Shown in pieces: positions 49,307 to 62,668 of a stretch of DNA of 64,000 bases; position 1 is the first letter of the stretch; the number at the start of each line of letters is the position of its first letter. Source of the stretch: Podarcis erhardii (lineage: Eukaryota); assembly GCA_964252035.1 (NCBI GenBank), contig OZ176200.1; one strand, written 5' to 3'. The notes under the pieces were generated by a model that had not been told where the DNA came from, made no database searches, and saw only the letters and a program-made list of their open reading frames with translations. A program made the position numbers and the translations under genes.

Positions 49307-51017
49307 ATTACAAGCAGAGCTGCACAAGCCACCTATTATTAACCCTTCTGGTGCTTGAAATGAGGAAAAGGCACTGAAGCTCCCAGAAGACAGGGCCCCA
49401 CCCTGCAACCAAATTAATTGGCACCATATTTCCAGGTAGCAACTGAGTTTGCAGGCTAGAATGGACTCAGGGTTTCTGCTGCAGCTTGTGCCTCTTAAGG
49501 GTTTGGAGTTGTGTCCTGGATGTAATGAAAGGTTGTAGATTAACTATAAGCTTCACACTTTCTAAGCATGGAGAAATCTCACACCAATCACCTTGTTTGT
49601 TCAGACAAAAAGGGAATTTCAGAGGTTAGACCTAATTACTAATTGTAGTGTTACAAAGACACAGATCAAGGAAGTTTATTAGGCACACATTTAGTACAAC
49701 CCAATCAGGTAGGAAATCACAAAATTTTGGTGTGTTTGTGTACCTCCCTCCCCACTTCACCAGAAATTGTGCAGTAGCATCTTGCATAATACTTCAAGCA
49801 AGTGGTTCCACAACAGCCCAGGCCTCTTGTTCCCAATGACATTTTTCAGCAGGGACATATTTTCCTGATAGTCAACCTCAACGTAGGCAGCTGCAACAGA
49901 AAGCCATTAATATACAAATTAATAATGTATAAATTAATAAAACTGTTATGTATTGCTCCTTGCAACCACATTTAAATGATTTTTGAGAATGCACCCTACA
50001 GCCTGGAGTTGGGGATTCTAATCCATTAGCAAACTCTTGAGGACAGAGCAAGATGATGGCAACAATCTGGGGCAATCAATCCTGGGAAAGACAGTGAGAT
50101 TTGGAATGCATCCAAAATGCCAGCTCCCCTCAACTTGCCTTGCCCTTTACTGTTTCTGTTGTGACTTATCACCCTTACTTACAAGATGCAAATTCTGCTT
50201 GTGACTATACAATAAGTTTAAAGTAAATTGTCTAAGGCACAGAGGTTATTGGCTTCAGGATGGGTGCTCGAGGAAACTTGTGTGTAATGCAGTACTGCTC
50301 AGTACCATTTTAGAAGTGTTTCCCATCTGATCAGAGGAGAAGAGGCTAACTAAAGGTCAGGTAGGGCCAAAAGTGTATGGGGAGAGGAGGCTAGTTGCAG
50401 AGTGCACCAACTGAGCATCTTTGCCTCAGCCTGTTCCTTGCCAGATCCGTGCTTCGTTTCACAGATGTGAACAGCTGTTTTTGTGAATCTGCATGATGAG
50501 CAATTTTCTCCCAAAGGGTTTAATGAACCGATGCTGCCATGGAATCAAATTAATGAAAAATTAGTGGCTGCAAAATGACCCTGGCTGGGCTTCCCTTGAT
50601 CACACTGCAGGTGGCCATTCTGCAAGGCAAATAGCAGCTGGCACAGCACAGTGTCCATCCATCCCCCGCCAACTTCATTGCAATGTGCTTAGGCCAAAAT
50701 TCTCAGCACAAGCCTCCACTATGTAAATGCTTATGACTAAACAGACCTCCCAAGGCTGAGCCACTGGGGTCAAACCAGTCACGCAGGCATAATCTTATCC
50801 CAGCATTGGAATCCCCTAGTTCCAGGCTGTAGGGCAGTGCTACTGCAAAACTCAGGGTATGTTCACATTAGCAGCTTAAAATACTACAGCAAGGTCAGTT
50901 CCTCCCACTGTGTTTCAAGCCGCATTTGCACAGGGTTGTTCACATCAAGGGGTGGGGCTGTCTTCACCCAAAGTGCAGGACCCTTTGGGCTTCCTCACCC
51001 TGCAAACCACACACTTG

Positions 51018-52005
51018 GAGGATGGATGGTGGCTAACCGATTGAGGTTGAATCCTGACAAGACAGAAGTACTGTTTTTGGGGGACAGGAGGCGGGCAGGT
51101 GTGGAGAACTCCCTGGTTCTGAATGGGGTAACTGTCCCACGAAGGACCAGGTGCGCAGCCTGGAAGTCATTTTGGACTCAGTTGTCCATGGAGGCGCAGG
51201 TCAATTCTGTGTCCAGGGCAGCTGTTTACCAGCTCCATCTGGTATGCAGGCTGAGACCCTATCTGCCCACGGACTGTCTCGCCAGAGTGGTGCATGCTCT
51301 AGTTCTCTCTCGCTTGGACCAGTAGCGTAGCGTGGGTTGTCAGCACCCGGGGCAAGGCAAGTAATTTGCACCCCTAACCCGTGGATTTGCGCCCCCTAAC
51401 CCGTGGATTTGCCCTAACCCCAGATGTTGCGCCCGGTGCGGCCGGGCCCCCCTGCACCCCCCACGCTACGCCACTGGCTTGGACTACTGCAATGCGCTCT
51501 GTGTGGGGCTACCTTTGAAGGTGACCCAGAAACTACAACCAATCCAGAATACGGCAGCTAGACTGGTGACTAGGAGCAGCCACTGAGACCACATAACACT
51601 GGTCTTGAAATATCTACATTGACTCCCAGTACGTTTCTGAGCACAATTCAAAGTGTTGGTGCTGACCTTTAAAGCCCTAAACGGCCTCGGTCCAGTATAC
51701 CTGAAGGAGCGTCTCCACCCCCATTGTTCTGCCCAGACACTGAGGGCCTTCTGGCGGTTCCCTTGCTGTGAGAAGCCAAGTTACAGGGAATCAGGCAGAG
51801 GGCCTTCTCAGTAGTGGCACCCGCCCTGTGGAACACCCTCCCACCAGATGTCAAAGAGAAGAACAACTGCCAGACTTTTAGAAGACATCTGAAGGCAGCC
51901 CTGTTTAGGAAAGCTTTTAATGTTTAACAGACCACTGTATTTTAATATTTTGTTGGAAGCCGCCCAGAGTGGCTAGAGAAACCCAGCCAGATGGGTGGGG
52001 TATAA

Positions 52006-52050
<45 letters not shown>
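51018..52050 (+). mobile_element. 5'-truncated L2 LINE, same family as 28959-29568, decayed and interrupted by a hAT MITE
   Basis: GWMVANRLRLNPDKTEVL...HALVLSRLD|[13 protein letters not shown]; several in-frame stops; near-identical 3' UTR and (TTA)n tail. Confidence 0.95.
51320..51476. mobile_element. Young hAT MITE, 157 bp, same family as 47204-47383
   Basis: TIR with 1 mismatch; perfect 8-bp TSD GCTTGGAC (51312-51319, 51477-51484) duplicating L2 ORF2 sequence. Confidence 0.95.
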
Positions 52051-52052
<2 letters not shown>

Positions 52053-52077
52053 TACTACTACTACTACTACTACTACT
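52006..52077 (+). repeat. (TTA)n(CTA)n compound microsatellite derived from the L2 tail
   Basis: Direct inspection. Confidence 0.95.
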
Positions 52078-52592
52078 GGAACTCCATGAAGCTGTGATCT
52101 GTACATGCACACTCATGTACCTCAGACATTCAGATTACCACTTATTCCACATCCAGTTTTCTAGCTGGATGGAAGCTGGTTAGAAAGGGGGGGGCGTGCA
52201 TCAAACAGCAGCATTTGTCAAGAAACTACAGGATCAATATGGAGTGTGGCAAATGTCTCATTAATGCTTCTAAAATTAGCAGTGGGAGCACACTGGATGC
52301 AGCGTAAGTGGCAATGTGACCATACCCTCAGTTTGCCAGTAGAAACCAGTGGTGTAGTGGAGCTGGGACAGGCAGGTTGAAGCACCACCACAGGAGGGAC
52401 GATAATATTTTGTAAGGCACTATTTACCAATCCTCTGCATGTCACAGTGATAATCTTCAGTGAAAAGCATTAGGCATCTCTACTTGAGAGGCTGGAGGAG
52501 TGGAAGGGCTCATATGCTGGTCCAGGCTATCAGGACTAGGCCGGGTCAGTAGTCCAAGAGGAAGTGCCAATTCATGTGAGTTGTGGCAGAAT

Positions 52593-52694
52593 TACTTATT
52601 TACCATGGATGTATCTTGCCCTTCCTCTGAGGAGCTCAAGGGGCTATCCCATTTTACCCTCACCCAATACCTTAGGTGAAGAGAAAGAGAGGAA

Positions 52695-52734
<40 letters not shown>

Positions 52735-52821
52735 CAAGGGCACCCAGTGAGCTTTTTGGATGAACAGGGACTTGAACTCAGGTCTCTCCAATCTCAGTTT
52801 GACATGCCTGCACTGGCTCTT
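52593..52821 (-). mobile_element. MIR/Ther1-like SINE (Squam3-like) with internal (GA)n expansion
   Basis: CCCCATTTTACCCTCAC..., CACCCAGTGAGCTT..., GGACTTGAACTCAGGTCTC, CACTGGCTCT match the 62669 family in reverse. Confidence 0.6.
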
Positions 52822-53914
52822 CAGAGATGCCCAAGTAAGCACAAATGGAGATAACCTGCTCCAGCCTTAAAGCGCTGGTTCTCACCCTAGAAGCCGAGAG
52901 GCCCATCAGTCAGCAACTAAAAGTGCCCCAGAACAGACAATCACAGAGAACATGGTAACAGAAAGACCCAGTTGATGATGTCAGCTAGCCACTCAGAGTG
53001 CGCTGCAGCGTGCAAACATGCACATGAATGTGCATCCCTCACATGGTCTTGACAGGGAATGCCCCAAGCTTACATGTGGAGTTCCTGTGCCTGACAGCCC
53101 TGCCAGGTCCGTCTCAGTTGTTCCACCCGACTGAGGTTGGTCTCCATTAAATCAATCTCGCAGGCGGGCTCCGGTAGGTCCTTTTGTGTCCCGCTAGGAA
53201 CAAACGTCTGCTTGCATTAGCATTTGGTGATGACTTCTCCCACGGTGGGGAGCACCAGGTCGGGCCTGACATCTCCATCATGCTGCCAGCCTGACAAGCA
53301 TTCTGATCAGAAGGGAAAGGTGACAAACCCTCTGGGAGAGATGGGCAGAGTTCTTCCAGGCTCTTGGAGCTCCTAGGCACCAACTTTATCCCTGAAGAGT
53401 CCATCAAAAGGGGACACTGTGCTGGCCAATGAACTGGAATTGGCCTTGTCTTTAGAGTATCCATCTGCATCACAGGGTTTGTGGCAGGCTCACAAGGGAA
53501 AAGAGGCAGGCCAGTGCTCAGAAACAAAACAGACATTGCCCAATACACAGATGCAGCACCTTCCTAAAACACACACCCTGTAGCTAACAAATGAGCTTCT
53601 GATATCACCGCCACCCCCAATCATGCCACACATTAGTTCAGCTTATTACATCTAACAGAGCAGGGTTTGATTGGTTGGGTCTAGAGCATGGTTAACTCTT
53701 AGTTGTGTGAGTGAGTGATCCCTGCTGCCTTGAAAAAAGGAGTGGTAAGGGCCCTCCTAAGGAAGCCAACTCTGGAACTGACAGTCTGGACTAACTACCA
53801 ACCAGTCACCATTACCTGCTTTTGAGGGAAGGTTGTGAAGACAGTAGTGGCAGGCCAACTGCAGACATTTTGGTGGAATCCTCACAGTCTAACCACAGTG
53901 GTTCAGGCACTGGG

Positions 53915-54415
53915 TTGCTGCAACGCACTCTAAGCAGGGTTTCCCTTGTGCTTGATGCAGAAACTGCAAAATACTGCAGCACAATTGCTGACAGGTGTAA
54001 GAGTCTGTCAGAATACTACATCTGTGCTCAAGAATTTGCATGGAATTCCAGTTGGCTACCAAGCCAAGTTCAACTTCAAGGTGTTACTATTAGTACTCAA
54101 ATCTCTTAATGGCTTGTGACTAGTTTTCTGAAGGGATCACCTTACCACATACATACTCAATCTACTCAGTCTGTGGAACTTGAACTTCTACATATGCTGC
54201 ACCATGTACATTCCACATTTGGTTGCAAGGAGTCATTGCTTTAGGGTGACAGTGCTCTGGAACTCCCTGCCTTGGCTATATCTCTTTTTAAATCTGTTTT
54301 TCATCTTGATTAATGTTTTACTGTCTTTATTGTTTTAAGAGGCTTTTAATTATTTTTAAATGTTTCAAATAAATTTTTTATTTATTTTTAGCTGTGATGT
54401 GTTTATTGCCCTGGG
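53915..54415 (+). mobile_element. Old degenerate L2 LINE 3' end
   Basis: CNAL*AGFPLCLMQKLQNTAAQLLTG...FKVLLLVLKSLNGL aligns with the L2 motif [34 protein letters not shown]. Confidence 0.7.
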
Positions 54416-54418
54416 CAA

Positions 54419-54457
54419 CAAAACAAAACAAAACAAAACAAAAAAACAAAACAAAAC
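54419..54457 (+). repeat. (CAAAA)n microsatellite
   Basis: Direct inspection. Confidence 0.9.
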
Positions 54458-57400
54458 ACTAAATAAGCATACTGCAACACAGACCATTATGACTAGTGAA
54501 AGCTAGTCCATTAGAGTGAAGGAGGCACTGCCCCACTCACTTGGGTCTGTCCTCAGCCAGTCCCACCTGTCTGCCTCGTCTTACAACCAGTCCTTGGTGT
54601 GACCTTGGCTGCCAGCTTCCTCCTCCTTAGTCCCAGCAGTGCCGAGTTCTACAAGTAGTGCTTGTAGATATCAGAAGGAGGAGGATGGGGACAAGTCAAG
54701 AGTTAAGTTGGCTCTGCCTGTCATTGGCTCTTACCCACAAACTGTGGGCTCCCTGCTTTCCACCCTACCAGTCCCAATGGGCGGCAGCCACCATGGATCA
54801 TGACCATATGAAACAAGCCATAAAAACACCATAGCAGAATTTGTTTCAAATGGGTATTATTTCCTCTAGCCACAGATTCCTAGCTGTTACCCATCATTAT
54901 GTTTAACGAGTGTGCAATCTGTGTACACAATAGATGATCTGTACACTCATACAGTTACTCACATGGAATGTTTGATGAGTGTGAAGTGTGTGAAACTGTG
55001 TATACAACTGTACAAATCAACAAGTGTACACTCTTTCACACAAACACTTAAACGTTTGTAGAGACAGCTTGTTACTGTGTTCAGTGTATCCTGTAAGCAT
55101 GGAACAGATGCACACAAACCAACTCCATGTAGTCAGGCCAGTTCCTAAAATAAATCCCCCCCTCTCACACACACACTGGGGTGGGGGTGGGGGAGAAGAG
55201 AGAGAAAAAATGACCTCCTAACTTACTTGAACCAATTATTGAAAGTAGATGCCCTGCAGAGCAGGACACAACAGCTTAAAGCGGAACAAGATCTTATCAG
55301 AAAAGCCAGTGCAAAAAACTACACTCCCATATCCACTGAAGCAAATTACCCACATCTCAGACAGCAAACTTCAATTACAAGGGACCTACTTTTGCCAAGC
55401 ATAACACATATGAAGTGCCTAGCACAATATCCCCGTTGTTGAGACCGTGTGGGTGAAACCAAACAATCCTTGAGAACATAAACAAGAACAGCCCACGGGC
55501 CTGTGCGCAAACACTTTCCTCCACATTATCTGGATTTTTCATTCCTCTTCCGAAAGGGAACTGGTATAAATACCTTTAAACAAAGGGCCTGAGAATGTTG
55601 ACTCACAACCCTGTGGAGTCCAGTAGAAGCGGACTAAGCCGAGGCCTCTCGGCTCCTTGAGTCATTGCCCCTCCACAAGCATCCACCCACATTGGAAGAA
55701 TGTGGCACTTTATGCCCAGTGAACACACAATAGACCCTGCCAAGCCCTTATCTGCTGTTTTCCCCAAACTATGGAGCCACCTCCAAAGAGACATACCTTA
55801 CTCATGACTGCTGCTTCTCCCCCAATCCAGCTGAATATGTGGGGCCATTGCTTGCAAGGCTGAATGTATGTGCAAGGGGGTTCCTGTGGCAATTTCAATT
55901 TGCATGTTAAGTGGAATAGTCAGATACATCTTGCATGGGCCTACAAGGTGCCTGTCTGGCCATGTCATGTTTGCACATATGTGCATGTATGCTTGAAAGG
56001 CAGAGAAGCCTATGTGCATCCCATGTGAAAGGGATGTACTCCAGTGCACGCCTGCTGCATGTACACGTGTGCTCGGACTGCATGTATGAATGGGACGTGA
56101 ATCGGTGTACAGCTGCGTCCCAAGGGAGAGGCCATCCAAAGCCCTGGGGAGCCACTCCCCCTTGCATACACAGAACTCGCCGCTGCCTCAGAGATTCCTT
56201 AACTGGCACGTGCCAGCGTTTCTGTACGAGCAATGGAGAGTCCAATTAAAGGCCCATTGTTGGGATTAATAGCTATGCCAAGCTCCCACACCGCCCCCTC
56301 CCTGGGCACAATAGAGGAGCGTGAGCGGAGGCTATTCAGGGGCATTGAAGCGTGGAGAGCTGCATGAATTCTGGATGGCTGCTTGAGCGCTGCTCATGCC
56401 CACACTGAGCATGAAGCCAGCCCAAAAATCCTGCCCTGGGCAAGTGCCACCGAGCAGCGAGGGGAGGAACCCTGGGATGAACAATGGACCAAGGCAATCT
56501 GGTTTCAAGCAGAGGCTTTGACTCCTCTTTCAAGGTGCCAAGCCCATACCCTTGACCAATTCCTAAAGGTCAGGCTACTTCAGGTTCCATCTTCACAAGG
56601 AAAGTGTATTTGAACCACTTTAGAATCTAGTCCTTGCTCCAGGAAATGGGCACTTATACTCCGGACCAAACTAAGAGATGCAAAATGCCTCTTTGCATTT
56701 AATGTGCATGCTGGCTAAAAATGCAAATAGTAGTGGCCGGGGAGAGGGGATAGTCATTCTCAAGATCACAATAGGTAGAGGGTGGGAGTTCTGACCCTTT
56801 CTTCTCTCCTGCTGCAGTCCTGACAAAAAAAGCCACTCCTTTAAAGGCTGCTATTTGTATTGGAAAAAAGCACCCAAGGGTACTGATGGAGGGATTTCTT
56901 CCTAGTGCAAATAGCAACTTCAAAGGAGTTATTTTCTGCAGGACCACAGTATGGGAGGGAAGGGTTAAACTCTCCCTCCCTACCAGCTGGAATCCTGACA
57001 ACTGTCAGCTCCTGCAAATGGCAGCTATTTGCATTTTTAAAAAATGTGCATATTAAATGTGAAGATGCATTTAATATCAGGTCTGTTTTGGCCATTCACT
57101 GTTCCTATTTTCCAGGGATCACCTTTTATCTGGTATATGTCTCTTGTAAAATGATGTCCTTATTTTGCCTGCCAGGAATGAATTTTAAGAAATGTTGAAG
57201 CCAAACATCATATCGCACTAAAGCATCTCTGCAAACAACATGGATGCAAACAACCTTTTTTAAAAAGTATAAACAGCAGGCAGGCAGAGGGATGGGTGAT
57301 TAGCATCATAGCCATGGTTTGCACAGGTTTAACCATTCCCTTCCGTACCATGATCCTGATGACCACCACTCAGCCCCCAAAAGCCTGTTGTTAGTTCTGT

Positions 57401-58664
57401 GAAGGAAGTTTCCATTGACACCAAGGAACACCAGAGTTCTTGCAGGTTTAAAGTTGGCTCTCTAGATAAGGAGTGACTAACCTCAATATACTGATGGGCT
57501 ATAACTCCAATCATCCCTGACCATTAACCATCCTGACTGGGGTGATGGGAGCCTGGAGTTCAGCAACAGCCAGAGGCTGACAACTTCTCCATTTGTGCTC
57601 TAAATTGTCTCTAGGAGCTAAATATCTTGAGTGAGTGATGATCCAACTTTATTCCAGCGCACATACATGCAGATACATGCAGAACGAGCTTTGCTTGTCT
57701 TCGATTTCCCTACCCCTGGTCCCTGTCCAGGTAATAAATGCTGCTGAGTCTGAGTTGCAGTTGCAGCCAGATCCACAGTGAGATTCACTATTCTAAGAAA
57801 TCTGTTCTGGTCAGTTTGCTCACAGACCTTGCTTCGGAAGCTGATGCAGGACAGGCTGTGGCAGAGTAAAATGAATACAATGGGCAGCAAGCAAGGAAGA
57901 GCCTTCAGCAACGTATAACACGTAATGATACTGAGAAGAGGGATTACAAGTCTCCCTGTTTTCATCTTGGAACTGTTGGAGGGCATGTACTCAAAAACGG
58001 CAGCAAGCAGAGGCCTTTCTTTGCAAGGGGAGTTAAAAATGCTGGCACTTAAGGCACCTGAAGCAAAAGACCAAAGTGATGTCCTCCTGCACTAGACTCA
58101 AGCACATTTGTGTCTAAAGCAAAAACGTTCACATTCGTTCTGCTTTTTCACAGAATAGCCCCTGAATAATAGCAGGTCGGATGGCTCACAGTGTATAGAT
58201 CAGTGTGGGTTGTTTTTTTTAAAAAACGACAACAGTATATTTATTTGCAAACATTTCAAAAATTATAAAAAGCAGCCATCCAGAAGATATAGTACAGAGG
58301 GGAAACACACACATACCTCTGTATATATATGCCTAAAACCTCCACCCTCTAACAACCACCAGCAGCACCACTCCATTTGTTGCTGGGTATGCAGTGGCTG
58401 GGGGGGGGGGCTAGGTCCCCCTAAAAGTGTTACGAGTTTGGGGGGGCAGATCCCCCTAAAATCTTAAATTTAGTAAATGTTAGGAATAGATACGTTGTTT
58501 TGTGCTTGTAGCACAATAACATAGTTTTTCTCAATCTGGAATCGTTCATGATCATCCTCACCACGCTTCTTTCAATCTAGATTTATTCTAGTTCCTGCCA
58601 CCCACAAAGGTGAGTGTGATTACTATACTTGATAGGTCTTTGAAACCCCTCCCTTTGATTAGAT

Positions 58665-58796
58665 CAGGGTTTCCCAAACTTGGGTCTCCAGCTGTTGTTG
58701 GACTAGTCCCATCATCCCTTGCTAGCAGGACTGGTGGTCAGGGATGATAGGAATTGTAGTCCAAAACAGCTGGAGTCCCAAGTTTCAGAAACCCTA
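58665..58796. mobile_element. Palindromic hAT MITE
   Basis: CAGGGTTTCCCAAACTTGGG..CCAGCTG mirrored at the right end; 8-bp flanks GATTAGAT / AATAAGAT (6/8). Confidence 0.85.
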
Positions 58797-60323
58797 AATA
58801 AGATTATTTATGTCTTTTCCTTCCTGCACATGCCCCAGCTGAATGAACAAGTAGCTCTTGGTATGCACCTACCCACAATGTTAATTGGCAGGTGTGGACA
58901 CACCCTCCATTACTGGGACCACCTACATCTATTCTTACCTGTTTTCAAATGGACACATTGAGGAACAATGCAGAACCCATCTGAAATGAGCTTTTATTTT
59001 TGGAATGAAACCCATTCCTCAAGAGGCCCATTGCAAGGGCAGAAACATGCAGTAGATCTCGATTGTGTGTGGACTACGCAAAAAAAAAACACACAAAAAA
59101 AACCCACCACCACCAACAAGTACTCAGTCTCCATTGCTTCAAGAATAAAATGTTGTGTGCACGCAGCCAAGGACAAGCATGGATGATTCTGGATGGAGAA
59201 AAATTGTGTTTTCGTGCTGCAAAAGGTTTGTGTCTACACAGCCTTATCAAGTTTGATCTGCTTGAGCTCTATGCCTTCAAAAGCCTTACCTGCTCATTTG
59301 TAGCAGATCAAGCTGCTGTTAAAGGCACAGGAGCAGGCCAGCTTTGTCATCCGCCCCCACCCCTCCGTTGGCGGTCCTCCTAATGAAAGGTCCTGGGGGG
59401 GATCATGTGTTGTGCATTTGTTTGTCTCAATTTATACACGTTTGAAGTCCCCACTGCCTAAAGGCTGATCTATTACGGTACTTTAAAATCTGCCCAGTAG
59501 CAATCCTCATGCATGGTCCTTATGTCTGGTTCTAAACACAGAAGCAGCTGGGGGGTGGCCCTACCTCCTACAGTGAACAGGCCCACTCAATTTAGGCAGG
59601 GAGAAAAACATCCAGCCTCCAGATCCTGAGCTTTGCCAAATTCCTCCCTTTTGCTTTTCTTTCTCCCCCACCCCCAGGAGAGGGGATGCTGACGCCACCA
59701 CCCTGCATGTGGAGAGGGGGGTTTGAATGCCTGATGCTTTTCTCTCTAAGGTGCTGGCTCAGCATTCTCCTCCCTGCTGTAGCAGGGCAATGGGGGGTGG
59801 GGGCATATGGCCCCTATGGAGCCATCTTTTCCAGATGGCAAGGACCGTTAGCATGGCTCCCGCACACTCAGAGCCATAAACTTTATGGGGCTCATCAGTT
59901 AGGGTAATGGGAGCTGTTAAAGTCGCGCAGTTTAAGCAAACTCTCCTTGCAGGAGCCTGTGATGCCAACATAGGCACAGCTTTCTTCAGCCAGACCCATT
60001 TCTCAGCTAGGGAGGCAGGCACTGGCCAAGGGCTTCCCCGCCTCCAGTCAGGTTATGGAGTTCCAGCTTCTTCAGTGAGGCAAAGACCCCATTCACCTGA
60101 TTCACACCCATGGCACTGTTATGGTTTTGTTAAAGCTTGGCATCCCCACACGTCTGCCACTCTATGCCCATGCCAAGCTGTGGCATTTGTAATGTGCACC
60201 TGACCTGTATGGAATACATCTGTGCTTAGCTGTTGCACAGCAAGATTTTGAAAACTGTAGCAGTTTGGATGGGCAAATTTCCTAATTTAGATGTAACTGT
60301 GCAACAAACATGATGAGACAAGT

Positions 60324-60489
60324 GACTACATGCACACCAAATGTTTAAACCGCATAACTTCTTCCACGGAATCTTGGGAACTGTAGTTTACCCTACAAAA
60401 CCACAATTCCCTGCACTCTTAACAAACTATACGTCCCAGAATTATTTGGGAGAAGTCATGTGCTTTAAGCAGATGGTGTGTATGCAGTC
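60324..60489. mobile_element. Palindromic Harbinger-like MITE
   Basis: 16-bp TIR GACTACATGCACACCA / TGGTGTGTATGCAGTC (14/16); internal arms shared with 27137 and 61092. Confidence 0.65.
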
Positions 60490-60911
60490 GACAATTCCAT
60501 TAACTGGAATTGTAATTATTTTGTGTTGAGACCCTTGGGGTTACCTCCTTTGGCCCTTCATCTTCCCTCTCTTTTCTGATCAATTCCCCAGTTTAAAAGA
60601 AAAACCCACAAGGGGGAGTTGTTTTAATCTGTGATTTGTATCTTCCCCACCCACTCTCCTTACCTTGGCTTTGCACAACTGTACAGCCTCACAGATTTCA
60701 ATAGTGGGCCATGTATTACATTATGGATCTGCTGGATATACAACAAGCACTTTAATACAAGCATTCAAATAACGTCTCTTACCCCATATTCTTACATGGG
60801 TGTATGGGAGTGGGGCAGAGGAAGACAGAGAAATCAAATGGCAATAAACAAATCATGTTATGAGCTATGCAGAAGATGTGATTCTCTAATTGCATTTTGT
60901 ATTCCAAGGCA

Positions 60912-61015
60912 TGGCACCTTCCAGGTGTTGTTGGACTCCAACTCCCATTAGTCCCAACCAGAATAGCCCAAGGTCAGGCTCAGTGGGAGTTGCGAGTCCA
61001 ACAATATCTGGGAGA
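60912..61015. mobile_element. Degenerate palindromic hAT-type MITE
   Basis: TGTTGGACTCCAACTCCCA mirrored by TGGGAGTTGCGAGTCCAACA. Confidence 0.55.
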
Positions 61016-61091
61016 CAACACCATCACAACTCTCTCACTCACTTTCACCACAGATTCTGCATTCAGAATCAAAATCGTGGTAACTCTTAGA

Positions 61092-61271
61092 GGCTCTGTA
61101 CCCACTGCACCTTTAAAGCATGTTCAAAGCACATTTTCTTCCCTCAAAGAATTCTGGGCAACCTAGTTGCTAGGAATTGTAACTCTGTGAAGGTAAACTA
61201 CAGTGCTCAGAATCCTTTGAGGGAAAGAATGGGCTTCAAATATGCTTTAAAAGCATAGTGTACACACAGCC
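61092..61271. mobile_element. Palindromic Harbinger-like MITE
   Basis: Termini GGCTCTGTAC / TACACACAGCC; arms TTCCCTCAAAGAATTCTG / CAGAATCCTTTGAGGGAA; 3-bp flanks AGA / TGA. Confidence 0.75.
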
Positions 61272-62513
61272 TGAATGGTGTTGGATGAGATTATGCAGGT
61301 AGTCCTGTGCAATGAGCACACCCAGGGAGGATATAGCGCGGCACTGAGATATATTTTTGGGCCTGGTCTGAGAAAAAGAATCATGGCCAGGACTGGAGAG
61401 TAACTAACAGAGCACTCTTCTACCTACTTACCTAGCAGCAAGCCCCATTGAACTCTGTGGGCCTCACTTCTGAAAAGACATCTATGTGCTGTAATGCCCT
61501 TTTGAGCACCACAGCTGGAAGAAGTCTTATGTGAACAATGTGGGAGTTGCTTCCTTTCCCAGTTTCCTTAACCATAATTGCTGACGCAAAGTCCCCACCA
61601 CATCCATAACCCACATTCTGTTACAAATTTAATTGTAGTTGTAATTTAATTAACCACAGGGTAGTTAAATAGTGTTCAGGGTTAACTAATCCTTGTTAAA
61701 TGATTTTAAGTATGTGCCTTTTGCTTACTGGATGGCATTTTTCTCAACTGTAAGCCTGGGGACAGAGCTTGCATTGCTTTCAAATTTTGCACAGTGGTTA
61801 CCAATTTTAGGCACTTTATAGGCAAGGAAGTAATACTGAGGAAATAGCTGAATTGGCTGTTTGGCCACAATAACATTTCAAGCAGGGTTACTCCTTCTGC
61901 CCCCCCCCTCCCCGCCCTAACTTTCAGGCCAGCAACTGAACACCCTAATAGTTTTGGGGCAGGGCAGATTTTCCCAGCAGTGGAATTTACTGAGATGTAC
62001 AAAAGAAAAAGGCCCTGCCATCTAACAAAGTATTTCTCCCCTCGGTGATTGCAGAAACAGAGCAGGTCAGTCCACACAATACTTATCCAACCTGGCAAGC
62101 AGCAATCCACAATTCATAGGAAGTGTCAGAACCTCTCCTCTGCATGTCTGCCCAGAGGTTCTGAAGGCCCAAGGCAAAACTTAACCGGAGGCCAGGCACA
62201 GCATACCTGTGTATGAAAACCAAGATATACTGCACAAATTGCCACACAAATGTCTTTATTAGATGTGAATCGAATGACATTGCTGATGACTACTAGCCAG
62301 GCACTGAGCAACATAAAAACAACAGCTTACATTACATGATTTTTTTCATAACACCATTTCAAGCTCTCATGGGACAGTAGCTGCTCTCCATACAGACAGA
62401 ATCACATATTTCTAAAAGTTGAAACTAGGTCTTCTTCTCTTTTCCAGCTTCCCTGACTTACCCGCTGCGACCCTTATTTTTCCTTTTCTAGAATTCTCTT
62501 TTTGAAATGATGG

Positions 62514-62645
62514 CCAGTTGCTGGGAACTGCAGGAGGAGAGAATTCTCAGGTCCTACTTGTGGATTTTCCACAGGCATCTGTGAGAATAGGATGCTGGAC
62601 TGTAGATGGGCCACTGGCCCCATCCAACAGGCTCCTCTTATATCA
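62514..62645 (+). mobile_element. CR1-like 3' end fragment
   Basis: CCAGTTGCTGGGAAC...CACAGGCATCT...AGGATGCTGGAC..GATGGGCCACTGGCC..ATCCAACAGGCTCCTCTTAT. Confidence 0.6.
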
Positions 62646-62668
62646 TACCTCCACAGCTATGATGCAGT

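Noticed and set aside
50837-51325. 162-aa ORF (and the one at 29075-29563) as host genes
   Set aside because: L2 ORF2 reverse-transcriptase remnants, annotated as mobile elements
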